A stretch of DNA of 64,000 nt from Pelagibacterales bacterium SAG-MED22. GTDB lineage: Bacteria; Pseudomonadota; Alphaproteobacteria; Pelagibacterales; Pelagibacteraceae. The position numbers and the translations under genes were made by a program. The stretch spans positions 698 through 64,697 of the forward strand of contig JACWDT010000006.1 in assembly GCA_014653985.1 (NCBI GenBank). Reading direction: 5' to 3'. This document shows, piece by piece, positions 1-9,173 of the stretch. Within the stretch, counting starts at the first letter, position 1. Every line of letters starts with the position of its first letter. Under the pieces are notes generated by a model. The model was not told the DNA's origin and made no database searches. It worked only from the letters and a program-made list of their open reading frames with translations.

Positions 1-279
1 AATATTGATGAAATAAAATATAAAGCAAAATCAGTTCACTTAAATCCAGGAATGTTTTCATTACATGATGTTTATTTATTTCATGGGTCAAGAGCAAATA
101 ATTCTGGAAAGAGAAGGGCCGGACTTACTTATAGGTACATGCCCGCTACATCTTTTTTCGATCATGAAGGAGCCAAAAGCATAGAAGACAAAATTGGATA
201 TTCACTTCAAAGACAGCTTCACTTAATTAGTGGCAAAAACAGAGGTGGAAATAAAATTTTCAAAAATCATAATACCTAA
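1..279 (+). CDS. Phytanoyl-CoA dioxygenase (PhyH)-family Fe(II)/2-oxoglutarate dioxygenase, C-terminal part (5' truncated by window edge)
   Basis: Frame open from base 1 (NIDEIKYKAKSVHLNPGMFSLHD..). SLHDVYLFHGSRANNSGKRR carries the distal Fe-His (HGS) and the 2OG-binding Arg typical of PhyH/EctD-like enzymes. Confidence 0.8.
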   Translation, partial: NIDEIKYKAKSVHLNPGMFSLHDVYLFHGSRANNSGKRRAGLTYRYMPATSFFDHEGAKSIEDKIGYSLQRQLHLISGKNRGGNKIFKNHNT

Positions 280-287
280 TTAGAAAT

Positions 288-1886
288 TTGTATTTAGACG
301 CAATAATTATAGGAGCTGGTTTTTCTGGTTTATACCAATTGCATCAATGTAGAGATCAGATAGGCCTCAAAACTCTTGTTATTGAGGAGGGTAAAGAAGT
401 TGGAGGTACTTGGTATTGGAATAAATACCCAGGTTCAAGGTGTGATACTGAAAGCCACATCTATTGTTACACTTTTTCTAAGGAAATTTATAAAAATTGG
501 AAATGGAAAGAAAGATATCCTAAGCAAAAGGAAATTTTAAGATATCTAAAATATGTAGAAAAAAAACTTAGCCTAAAAAGGGATATAATTTTTAATAACA
601 GAGTTAATTCAGCTGTTTACTTAGATGAAAAAAATTTATGGAGAGTCAAAACAAATAAGAACAAAACATTTTATTGTAAATATTTAATAAGTGCCGTTGG
701 ATCACTATCTGCAACAAATATACCTAATATTAGAGGTCTTAAAAACTTTAAAGGGGGATGGTATCATACTGGGAGATGGCCAAACAAAAAAATAAGTTTT
801 AAGAATCAAAAAGTTGCACAAATTGGAACAGGTTCAAGTGGAATACAAATTGCTCCAGTATTAGCAAAATCGGTAAAATCACTGACAGTTTTTCAAAGAA
901 CACCTAACTACAGTGTTCCTGCAAGAAACAAAAAGCTTACAAAAACTTTTATAAAAAATACATTAGACAAATATAATTATATTAAAAATTTACTTAAAAA
1001 AACACCTGGAGGACATGCGTTTCACTTTTCAAAAAAGTCTATTTTTGAATTTACTGAAAGTAAAAGATTAAAAATTTTAGAGAAGGCATGGTTAAATGGT
1101 GGTTTGTCATTTAGAGCATGTTTTAGTGATATCACTAAAAAAATAAGTGCTAATAAAATAGTATCAAATTTTATAAGAGATAAAATTAAAAGAATAGTTA
1201 AGGATAGACATATTGCGAAAATACTCACAGATTTTGGACATCCATTCACTACAAAAAGACCAACTTTAAATACAAATTATTTTGAAATATTTAATAGAAA
1301 AAATGTTCAATTGGTTGATTTAAAAAAAAATCCAATAATTAAGATTACAAAAAAAGGCATAAAGACAAAAAATGAAGAATTGAAGTTTGATAAAATAATT
1401 TTTGCAACAGGTTATGATGCGTTGACAGGCTCTATATTATCTTTAAATTTGACTGGAAGAAAAAACATCAAATTACAAAAATATTGGAAAGATGGTCCAA
1501 AAACTTTTTTAGGAATTATGATACCCAATTTTCCAAATTTTTTTGTTATCTCTGGACCAGGAAGTCCTTCTGTACTAACCAACGTGCCTGCCCAGATTGA
1601 GCAACATGTAGAATGGATATCAAAGTTTATTAAACATTTAGAAAAAGTTGGATGTAGGAAAGTTGAACCACGTATAAAAGAAACCGAAAACTGGGTAAAT
1701 GAAATAAATATTCTTGCTAATAAATCTTTATTTATGAAAGCAAAAAATTCTTGGTATAAAGGTGATAATATTCCAGGTAAGCCAAAAAAATTTATACCAT
1801 ATCCAGCAGGATTGCCTCAGTATAGAGAAATCTGTAATAAAGTTCAAAAAAAAATGTATAAGGGATTTAACATCTCTCTAAAATGA
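288..1886 (+). CDS. Type I Baeyer-Villiger monooxygenase (cyclohexanone/steroid/acetone monooxygenase family)
   Basis: GAGFSG and GTGSSG Rossmann motifs, GGTWYWNKYPGSRCD, BVMO fingerprint FKGGWYHTGRWP (FxGxxxHxxxWP), KR catalytic site (PFTTKRP). TTG start. Confidence 0.92.
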   Translation: MYLDAIIIGAGFSGLYQLHQCRDQIGLKTLVIEEGKEVGGTWYWNKYPGSRCDTESHIYCYTFSKEIYKNWKWKERYPKQKEILRYLKYVEKKLSLKRDIIFNNRVNSAVYLDEKNLWRVKTNKNKTFYCKYLISAVGSLSATNIPNIRGLKNFKGGWYHTGRWPNKKISFKNQKVAQIGTGSSGIQIAPVLAKSVKSLTVFQRTPNYSVPARNKKLTKTFIKNTLDKYNYIKNLLKKTPGGHAFHFSKKSIFEFTESKRLKILEKAWLNGGLSFRACFSDITKKISANKIVSNFIRDKIKRIVKDRHIAKILTDFGHPFTTKRPTLNTNYFEIFNRKNVQLVDLKKNPIIKITKKGIKTKNEELKFDKIIFATGYDALTGSILSLNLTGRKNIKLQKYWKDGPKTFLGIMIPNFPNFFVISGPGSPSVLTNVPAQIEQHVEWISKFIKHLEKVGCRKVEPRIKETENWVNEINILANKSLFMKAKNSWYKGDNIPGKPKKFIPYPAGLPQYREICNKVQKKMYKGFNISLK

Positions 1887-2626
1887 AAAAAATATTTTTT
1901 TTAACTTTTTTAATTCTGTTTAACAGTAATGTTTTGTTTGCAGAAAATATTGAAATCATTAGTGATAATAAAGGTGATGGTTTAAAAGTGGTAAATCATT
2001 CTTGGGTTAAAATTGAGTACACTGGTTTTTTTGAAGATGGAAAAATTTTCGATACAAATGTTGGTAAAGATAAACCTTTAGTATTTCAAATAGGAATGAA
2101 GGAAGTTATTCCAGGATTTGAACAAGGAATATTAGGTGAAAACAAAGGATCAAAAAGAAAAATTAAAATACCTTCAAAATTAGCCTATGGAGAAAAGGGA
2201 GCAGGGGAATTAATACCACCTAATTCAAATTTGATTTTTGAATTTGTTATTTTAGATGTCTTAAATCCAAATTATGAAAAAATTGATAGTAAAAAATTAG
2301 AAAAATTAATTAAAGAAAACGCAGTAGCTCTAGATATTAGATTGGATAATCAATGGAAAAAGACTGGAGTAATTAAAGGATCATTTCAAGAAACAGCATT
2401 TGATATTGATGGAAAATTTAATGTTTATTTGTTGGATAAAATAAGAGCTTTAGCAGGGGAAGAGTCGCAAGGAATTGAGCTAATTTTTATAAGCCATGAT
2501 GGAAAAACAGCTGAAATTTTAGGGAATGCTTTTGCAGAAGATTTAGGTTTTACAAATGTATATGTACTTGATGGCGGAATACAATCTTGGGTAAACAGTA
2601 ATAAGCCTCTTGAAAAATATAATTAG
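1883..2626 (+). CDS. Exported FKBP-type peptidyl-prolyl isomerase fused to a C-terminal rhodanese-like domain (no Cys)
   Basis: Signal peptide MKKIFFLTFLILFNSNVLFA. FKBP motifs YTG..DGKIFD, VIPGFEQG, LAYG..G.G.LIPPNSNLIF. Rhodanese motifs DIR..QW..TGVIKGS and VYVLDGGIQSW. Confidence 0.85.
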   Translation: MKKIFFLTFLILFNSNVLFAENIEIISDNKGDGLKVVNHSWVKIEYTGFFEDGKIFDTNVGKDKPLVFQIGMKEVIPGFEQGILGENKGSKRKIKIPSKLAYGEKGAGELIPPNSNLIFEFVILDVLNPNYEKIDSKKLEKLIKENAVALDIRLDNQWKKTGVIKGSFQETAFDIDGKFNVYLLDKIRALAGEESQGIELIFISHDGKTAEILGNAFAEDLGFTNVYVLDGGIQSWVNSNKPLEKYN

Positions 2627-2682
2627 ACTTTATTTATAATTTTTTTTTGTATTTGTTATAGAAATAATATTTATTATTACTT

Positions 2683-3453
2683 ATGAAATTAAAAAATAAA
2701 GTTGCAATTGTTACTGGTGGGGGAAAAGGAATAGGAAAAGAAATTTGTTTAGGACTTGTTAAAGAAGGAGCTAAAATTGTTATTGCAGATTTGGATAAAG
2801 AAAATTCCTCAAATGTTATTAAAACTATAATTCAAAATGGTGGTGATGCAATATATGTAGAAACAAATGTTTCAAATGAACAGAGTGTTAAAAATTTAAT
2901 TTCAGAAACTATTAAACAATTTAACCAAATAGATATATTAATTAATAATGCTGGCATAAGACATGTTAAGAAACTTGAAGACCATAGTTTAAATGATTGG
3001 AATGATATGATTTCTGTAAATCTAACTGGGCCATATATTTGTTGCCAAGCAGTAATTCCTCAAATGAAAAAAATTGGTAAAGGTAAAATTATAAACTTTG
3101 GTTCTATTGCTAGCTTTATGGGAAGACCTGATCGTGTAGGTTATGTTGCAGCGAAAAGTGGAATATTAGGATTGACCAGAGCTTTAGCAATTGATTTGAA
3201 GGGAACTAATATAAACGTTAATACAATTTGCCCAGGCCTTATATCTACCCCGTTCAATAAAAAATATGCTGAAGATCCAACTCACGGTGAAAAATGGGGA
3301 AAAGAAACAATTGTTGGAAGATGGGGAAGACCATCTGATATAGTTGGTGCAGCAGTTTTTTTATCTTCAAGTGAGTCTGATTTTATTAATGGATCAGAGA
3401 TTAAAATTGACGGGGGTTGGTTAGCAGCTAAAACTAGGGAAGGCGAAATATAA
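2683..3453 (+). CDS. Classical short-chain dehydrogenase/reductase (probably NAD-dependent)
   Basis: TGGGKGIG, IADLD (acidic residue after beta2), NNAG, catalytic YVAAK, DGG C-terminus. Confidence 0.92.
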   Translation: MKLKNKVAIVTGGGKGIGKEICLGLVKEGAKIVIADLDKENSSNVIKTIIQNGGDAIYVETNVSNEQSVKNLISETIKQFNQIDILINNAGIRHVKKLEDHSLNDWNDMISVNLTGPYICCQAVIPQMKKIGKGKIINFGSIASFMGRPDRVGYVAAKSGILGLTRALAIDLKGTNINVNTICPGLISTPFNKKYAEDPTHGEKWGKETIVGRWGRPSDIVGAAVFLSSSESDFINGSEIKIDGGWLAAKTREGEI

Positions 3454-3455
3454 TT

Positions 3456-4973
3456 GTGAGTGATTTTTTGAGTAATTTCGAAAAAGCAAATAAAAATGCA
3501 AAAAGATTATCAAATAAAATTTTAATTGATGGTAAATTAATTTCTTCATCAACGGATAGCAAGATCAATGTGATAAATCCCAGTACGGGAGAAAGTATTG
3601 GTGATGCTCCTAAATGCAATAAAGTTGATGTTGATCATGCGGTAAAATCTTCTCTGAATGCTTTTAAAGAATGGAAAAAAATTCCTGCACGAGAAAGAGG
3701 AAGATTGGTAGAGCAGGGTGCTAGAAAACTTGAGGAAAGAAGAGGTGAGATTGAAACTTTACTTGCCTTGGACACTGGGAATGCTTTAAGAACACAAGCC
3801 AAACCTGAAACAGCAGCATCAATAGAACTTACGAGAATGTTTGCAGGTTTATCAGGAGAGATAAAAGGTGAAAATTATCCTCCTAATATCTTAAATACTT
3901 TGCATTTTACAACAAGAGACCCAATAGGTGTAGTATGCGCTATTGTACCGTGGAATGCTCCTTTATTTTTAACTGTTGCAAAGATAGCTCCAGCAATTGT
4001 AGCAGGCAACACTGTAGTTTTGAAAACTGCTGAACAAGCACCTTTCTGTGCTTTGTTATTAGCTGAAATTTTTCAGCAGGAGCTTCCTCCTGGGGTTTTA
4101 AATGTCATTTCTGGATATGGAGAAGAATGTGGAGAGCCATTATTATCTCATCCAGATGTAAGAAAAATTACTTTTACTGGTTCATTTAATGTTGGAAAAA
4201 TTATAGCTCAAAAAGCTGCTCCTAAACTTTGTCCTGTAACTTTAGAACTTGGAGGAAAAAATCCTAATATAATTATGAGTGATGCAGATCTTGATATTGC
4301 TATACCTGGTGTGATTGATGGTATGAGATACACAAGACAAGGACAAGCTTGCACTGCCGGATCTAGGGTTTACATACAGGAAAAAATTTATGACAAAGTT
4401 TTAGAGGGTGTAGTCAATAAGTTAAAAAACCTTAAAATGGGAAATGCTTTAGATGAAAAATCAGATATAGGAGCAATCATCTCAGAGGAACAATTAAATA
4501 GAACTTTACATTATATGAAAATTGCTAAGGAGAATTCATCAACTAAAGTTTTACATGGAGGCAATCAAAAAAAGGGTGGCGACCATAAAGAAGGTTTTTT
4601 TTATGAACCAACCTTGTTGTCTGGTGTTCCAGTAGAATCACCTGTATGCCAAGAGGAAATATTTGGTCCGGTTGCTTGCGCCATCCCATTTAAGTCATTT
4701 GATGAAGTATTAAAAAGTGCAAATAATACTCCCTTTGGATTGTCAGCAGTTTTATGGACACAAAATTTATCGAGAGCCCTTCAATTTGTTGAAGAAATTG
4801 AAGCAGGTTTTGTTCAAGTAAATCAATGTGTAGCTCCAAGAGCAAATGTATCTTATGGTGGATTAAAAATGAGTGGTCTAGGTAAAGAATATGCATTTGA
4901 TAGTATGATAAATCATTTTACTCAAAGCAAAACTGTATTAATTAATAGAGGAAATTCAAATATAGATGAGTAA
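3456..4973 (+). CDS. NAD-dependent aldehyde dehydrogenase
   Basis: PWNAP, FTGS, ELGGKNP, catalytic Cys in RQGQACTAGSR, EEIFGP. GTG start. Confidence 0.93.
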   Translation: MSDFLSNFEKANKNAKRLSNKILIDGKLISSSTDSKINVINPSTGESIGDAPKCNKVDVDHAVKSSLNAFKEWKKIPARERGRLVEQGARKLEERRGEIETLLALDTGNALRTQAKPETAASIELTRMFAGLSGEIKGENYPPNILNTLHFTTRDPIGVVCAIVPWNAPLFLTVAKIAPAIVAGNTVVLKTAEQAPFCALLLAEIFQQELPPGVLNVISGYGEECGEPLLSHPDVRKITFTGSFNVGKIIAQKAAPKLCPVTLELGGKNPNIIMSDADLDIAIPGVIDGMRYTRQGQACTAGSRVYIQEKIYDKVLEGVVNKLKNLKMGNALDEKSDIGAIISEEQLNRTLHYMKIAKENSSTKVLHGGNQKKGGDHKEGFFYEPTLLSGVPVESPVCQEEIFGPVACAIPFKSFDEVLKSANNTPFGLSAVLWTQNLSRALQFVEEIEAGFVQVNQCVAPRANVSYGGLKMSGLGKEYAFDSMINHFTQSKTVLINRGNSNIDE

Positions 4974-5892
4974 GCACATAGCATTCATTGGAGTTGGAAA
5001 CATGGGTAATCCTATGGCTCAACAATTAGTAAATGCAGGAAAGCAAGTTAAAGTTTTCGATGTTTCAGAACAAGCAATTAAAATTGCAAAAGAAACTGGT
5101 TTGAATGTTGTAAATTCTTTGGATGAACTTTTATCAAATTCATCAGCAGTAATATCTATGTTGCCTGAAGGAAAACATGTTCAAGGACTGTATCTTGGTG
5201 AAAACGGAATTTTAACAAAAATTTCTCAAGATAGTTTAATTATTGAATGTTCAACAATTGATATTGAAACTTCATTAAAGATAGGAGATCACGCAAAATC
5301 TTTAGGTATTAAAATGATTGACGCTCCCGTTACTGGTGGAGTGATGGGAGCAAGAGTGGGTAAGTTAAATTTTTTAGTCGGTGGTAGCCAGGAAGCTGTA
5401 AAATTAGCTACGCCACTTTTAGAGATAATGGGACAAAAAATACTCCATGCAGGAGAACAAGGAAGTGGAGTAGGAGTTAAAATATGTAATAACATGTCAC
5501 TTGGAATATCAATGATAGCAGCATCAGAAACTTTAATGTTAGCAAAGAGATTAAAAATGGATTTAAAAAAAGTTCATCAAATTGTAAAAGAGGCATCAGG
5601 TAACAACTGGGCACTAACCAATTATACTCCCATACCCGATTTAACCGATGGAGTTCCATCAAATAATAAATATAGACCAGGTTTTACAGCCGCGATGATG
5701 AAAAAAGATTTAAAATTAGCAATTGATGCTGCCACTTCTGTTAATGCAAATACACCTTTAGGCAAAGCTGCTTTAAAAATATTTTCAGATTTTTGTGAGG
5801 AAGGTGATGCAGATACTGATTATTCAGGTATATCCAAAAAAATTGGTGCTGATGCTTGGGATTATCCTTTTGATCCAAAAGGCAAAGACTAA
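4966..5892 (+). CDS. mmsB: 3-hydroxyisobutyrate dehydrogenase (beta-hydroxyacid dehydrogenase family)
   Basis: FIGVGNMGNPMA, ECSTID, DAPVTGG, catalytic Lys in KICNNM, MMKKDLKLA. Confidence 0.8.
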   Translation: MSKHIAFIGVGNMGNPMAQQLVNAGKQVKVFDVSEQAIKIAKETGLNVVNSLDELLSNSSAVISMLPEGKHVQGLYLGENGILTKISQDSLIIECSTIDIETSLKIGDHAKSLGIKMIDAPVTGGVMGARVGKLNFLVGGSQEAVKLATPLLEIMGQKILHAGEQGSGVGVKICNNMSLGISMIAASETLMLAKRLKMDLKKVHQIVKEASGNNWALTNYTPIPDLTDGVPSNNKYRPGFTAAMMKKDLKLAIDAATSVNANTPLGKAALKIFSDFCEEGDADTDYSGISKKIGADAWDYPFDPKGKD

Positions 5893-5972
5893 ACTATAAT
5901 TAATACTAATTTTTATTAATTATAAAAGTTATACGTTTATTATAAACACTTTACTTTTTTATTTCAATAATG

Positions 5973-6001
5973 TTTACTTGAGACTTATTAAGTCTTAATA
6001 A
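5973..6001 (+). promoter_or_regulatory. Candidate sigma70 promoter of the TRAP operon with a 15-bp palindromic operator in the spacer
   Basis: TTTACT(5973-78)-N17-TAATAA(5996-6001). The spacer contains AGACTTA-T-TAAGTCT (5981-5995). SD-like GAGAGGGA before ATG 6024. Confidence 0.5.
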
Positions 6002-6023
6002 CAAAAAAGAGAGAGGGAAATAA

Positions 6024-7112
6024 ATGAAAAAAATCACTTCAATGATTTTAGCTTTAGTTTTTGCGGTTTCTTTAATAGGTACTGCTTCAGCTAAAACTTT
6101 AAAAATCCAACTTACTTTTCCTAAAACTTCTTATGATGGTCAAATCGTTAAGATGTGGACTGATAGAGTTACACAATTAACTCGAGGAGAGTTAAAGTTT
6201 GAACTTTTATCAAAAGGTGAAGTTGTTGGTATGAAAGAAACTTTAGAAGCTGTTGACAAAGGTCTAGTTGATGGTGGTGCTGCATGGACTCACTACTGGT
6301 CTAATTATCACCCGGCTGCTATGTTATTTGGATCACCTGTTGCAGGTGGTGGAATAGGATTATCAACTAAATCATGGTTAGCATGGTATTTTGATAATGG
6401 TGGAAAAGAGTTGTACGACAGACTTTGGAATGAAATGGGAATGAATGTTAAAGGTTTCGTGATGGCATCATCAGGACCTGAGGCATTAGGTTGGTTTAAA
6501 GAGCCAATTAAAAACATGGATGATTTCAGAAAATACAGATTCAGAACTCCTCCAGGAATTCCAGGACAAACATACAAAGATATCGGAATTGCATCAGTAT
6601 CTTTATCAGGTGGGGATATATTACCAGCGCTTGAAAAAGGAACAATTGATGCTGCGGAGTGGTGTTGTCCAAAGCCAGACTCAGTTTTTGGTTTCCAAAA
6701 AGTTCTAAAAAACTATTACCTACAAGGTTTACACCAAAACGTAGTTAATGGTGATATTTACATCAATGGTGATGTTTATAATTCTCTAACTGATCATCAA
6801 AAATATGCAATGGAAGTTGCATCTGAAGCGATGATTACTAGAAACATTACAAATAGAGCTGTAGAAAATGGAAAAGCATTAATTGATCTTACTGAAAATC
6901 ATGGTGTAAAATTATGGGATACACCAGCTGATTATTTCACTGAGTACATGAATGCTGCTCAAGCAACTCTTAAAAAGAATGCTGCAGAAAATGCTTTCTT
7001 TAAAGAAGTTTATGAGCACATGACTGCACATGCGAAAATTGTAGTACCTTTTATTGCACAAATGGAAACATCTGATGCATCAATTGGAACTGCTTTTGCA
7101 AAACAACAGTAA
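6024..7112 (+). CDS. dctP: TRAP transporter substrate-binding protein (DctP; TakP/FcbT1-like, carboxylate ligand likely)
   Basis: Signal peptide ending ASA-K. Conserved Arg in YRFRTPPG. ALEKGTIDAAEW. Lies upstream of dctQ/dctM. Confidence 0.9.
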   Translation: MKKITSMILALVFAVSLIGTASAKTLKIQLTFPKTSYDGQIVKMWTDRVTQLTRGELKFELLSKGEVVGMKETLEAVDKGLVDGGAAWTHYWSNYHPAAMLFGSPVAGGGIGLSTKSWLAWYFDNGGKELYDRLWNEMGMNVKGFVMASSGPEALGWFKEPIKNMDDFRKYRFRTPPGIPGQTYKDIGIASVSLSGGDILPALEKGTIDAAEWCCPKPDSVFGFQKVLKNYYLQGLHQNVVNGDIYINGDVYNSLTDHQKYAMEVASEAMITRNITNRAVENGKALIDLTENHGVKLWDTPADYFTEYMNAAQATLKKNAAENAFFKEVYEHMTAHAKIVVPFIAQMETSDASIGTAFAKQQ

Positions 7113-7120
7113 AACTTAAT

Positions 7121-7160
7121 TTAAAAACGGGGATAAATATTATTTATTCCCGTTTTTTAA
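7121..7160 (+). terminator. Intercistronic hairpin / intrinsic terminator after dctP
   Basis: TTAAAAACGGGGATAAATA-T-TATTTATTCCCGTTTTTTAA. Near-perfect inverted repeat with a T6 tract at 7153-7158. Confidence 0.75.
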
Positions 7161-7185
7161 TAATCAAAATTAATTAAATTGCTCA

Positions 7186-7842
7186 ATGGTTGATAAAAAG
7201 TCTCAAGAAAATGTAAGTGAAAATTTGGACATAACTGATGAGCTTATAGCTGAACGTCGAACAAGCACAAAAATGCCAAAGGACATGGATCCTTGGATGG
7301 CAAAAACAATAGAATTTATTGACAGAAATATGCTTCTTACTGGCAAAATTGTTTGCTGGATCACAATTCCTTTAATATTTGCTATGGTATATGAGGTTAT
7401 TGGAAGACATTTCTTTAATCGTCCGACCCTATGGTCTTTTGATATTAGCAGGATGTTAGCAGGCGCTTTATTTATGTTAGGTGCTGCATACACTTTATCG
7501 AAAGGAATACACATAAGAGCAGATTTTTTATATCGAAATTGGAAAGTGAGAAATCAAGCAAAAGTTGACTTATTTTTATATTTATTATTTTTCTTCCCAG
7601 GCTTCTTAGTATTTTTCTGGGTAAGCTTTGATTACGCCTATACTTCAATTTGTGGGAGATCTGATTTGATGGAATGTTTGGGTGGTAAAGTAAGAATTCA
7701 AAGGGCGATGGATACAACATGGATGCCTATAATGTGGCCACTTAAAAGCTGCATGCCCATAGGGGCCTTTTTACTTTTAATACAAGGAATTTCTGAAGTT
7801 CTTAAAAGCTACTATGCCTTTGTTAAAGGAAGATGGCCATAA
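7186..7842 (+). CDS. dctQ: TRAP transporter small permease
   Basis: Four TM segments, YEVIGRHFFNRPTLW and HIRADFLY motifs. Confidence 0.88.
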   Translation: MVDKKSQENVSENLDITDELIAERRTSTKMPKDMDPWMAKTIEFIDRNMLLTGKIVCWITIPLIFAMVYEVIGRHFFNRPTLWSFDISRMLAGALFMLGAAYTLSKGIHIRADFLYRNWKVRNQAKVDLFLYLLFFFPGFLVFFWVSFDYAYTSICGRSDLMECLGGKVRIQRAMDTTWMPIMWPLKSCMPIGAFLLLIQGISEVLKSYYAFVKGRWP

Positions 7843-9173
7843 TGGAGTTTTTTACACCTGAAATTATTGGTGCGATAATGATTGGTTGCATGCTATTTGC
7901 AATCTTCATCGGTTTTCCAATATCGTTCACTCTAATATTTTTAGGTCTTGTATTTGGTTATTGGGGTTTTGGAAAATTGGTCTTCTATCTAATGACTTTA
8001 CAATTCAATATGATAATGACCGAAAATACCCTCGCAGCAGTTCCACTCTTTATTTTTATGGGAATCTTGATGGAACAAGCTGGTTTAATGGAAAGATTAT
8101 TTAATGCTGTTCAGTTAATGCTATCTAAAACTAGAGGAGCATTATTTTATGCTGTGATGTTTGTATCTACAATCTTTGCTGCAGCAACTGGGATAGTTGG
8201 AGCTTCAGTTACAATTTTAGGAATTATGGCAGGTAAAACCATGATTAGATCTGGTTATGATACAAGATTATCAGCTGGGCTGATTTGTGCAGGTGGAACA
8301 CTCGGTATTCTAATTCCTCCAAGTATCATGTTAGTAGTCATGGGTCCAGTTTTAGAAATTCCAGTAACAGATTTGTTTGCTGCAGCTATTATTCCTGGAA
8401 TTATGTTAGCATGTTTATACGCTGGGTATACTACACTAAGATGTTTTCTAAATCCAAAATTAGGACCAGTGCTGCCAGCTAGTGAAAGACCTACTAATAT
8501 GGGTAAAGTATGGATTGAATTTTTTATGGGCTTAGTTCCACCAGCAGCATTAGTATTTTTTGCTTTAGGAAGTATTTTATTTGGTCTAGCAACTCCAACA
8601 GAAGGAGCAGGAATGGGTGCTTTTGGATCTATTGTTTTGGCATTAGCATATAAAAAATTCACTTACAGAGGTTTAAAAGAAGCTTTAATCAAAACACTAG
8701 AAATTACTGCTTTAATTATGTTCTTAGTTGCAGCGTCAAATTTCTTTGGTGCTGTTTTTTCAAAGTTAGGAACTCCATCTCTTTTGACTGATTATTTACT
8801 AAACTTGGAAGTTAATAAATATTGGATTTTGGCAATAATGATGGCAGCAATTTTTTTATTAGGATGGCCATTAGAGTGGGTCCCTATAGTGTTAATTGTG
8901 TTGCCTATCCTGTTACCTTTAGTTCAAGAACTAGGATTTAATTTAACTTGGTTTGCAATTCTAGTTGCTGTTAATTTACAAACCGCATGGCTTTCTCCGC
9001 CTGTTGCTTTGTCTGCATATTTTTTAAAAGGGGTTGTTCCTGATTGGGACTTAAAAGATATATATCTAGGAATGATGCAATTTATGGTGATACAAGTAAT
9101 AGGATTAGTATTAATAATAATATTTCCTCAAATTGCACTTTGGTTACCTGAAGTAATGTATCCCTCTCCTTAG
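7833..9173 (+). CDS. dctM: TRAP transporter large permease
   Basis: LAAVPLFIFMG, GTLGILIPPS, ATPTEGA, LSPPVA helical-hairpin motifs. Highly hydrophobic. Confidence 0.93.
   Translation: MAIMEFFTPEIIGAIMIGCMLFAIFIGFPISFTLIFLGLVFGYWGFGKLVFYLMTLQFNMIMTENTLAAVPLFIFMGILMEQAGLMERLFNAVQLMLSKTRGALFYAVMFVSTIFAAATGIVGASVTILGIMAGKTMIRSGYDTRLSAGLICAGGTLGILIPPSIMLVVMGPVLEIPVTDLFAAAIIPGIMLACLYAGYTTLRCFLNPKLGPVLPASERPTNMGKVWIEFFMGLVPPAALVFFALGSILFGLATPTEGAGMGAFGSIVLALAYKKFTYRGLKEALIKTLEITALIMFLVAASNFFGAVFSKLGTPSLLTDYLLNLEVNKYWILAIMMAAIFLLGWPLEWVPIVLIVLPILLPLVQELGFNLTWFAILVAVNLQTAWLSPPVALSAYFLKGVVPDWDLKDIYLGMMQFMVIQVIGLVLIIIFPQIALWLPEVMYPSP

Noticed and set aside
5893-5930. AT-only inverted repeat after mmsB as a terminator
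   Set aside because: It has no G-C pairs and is expected by chance at this base composition.
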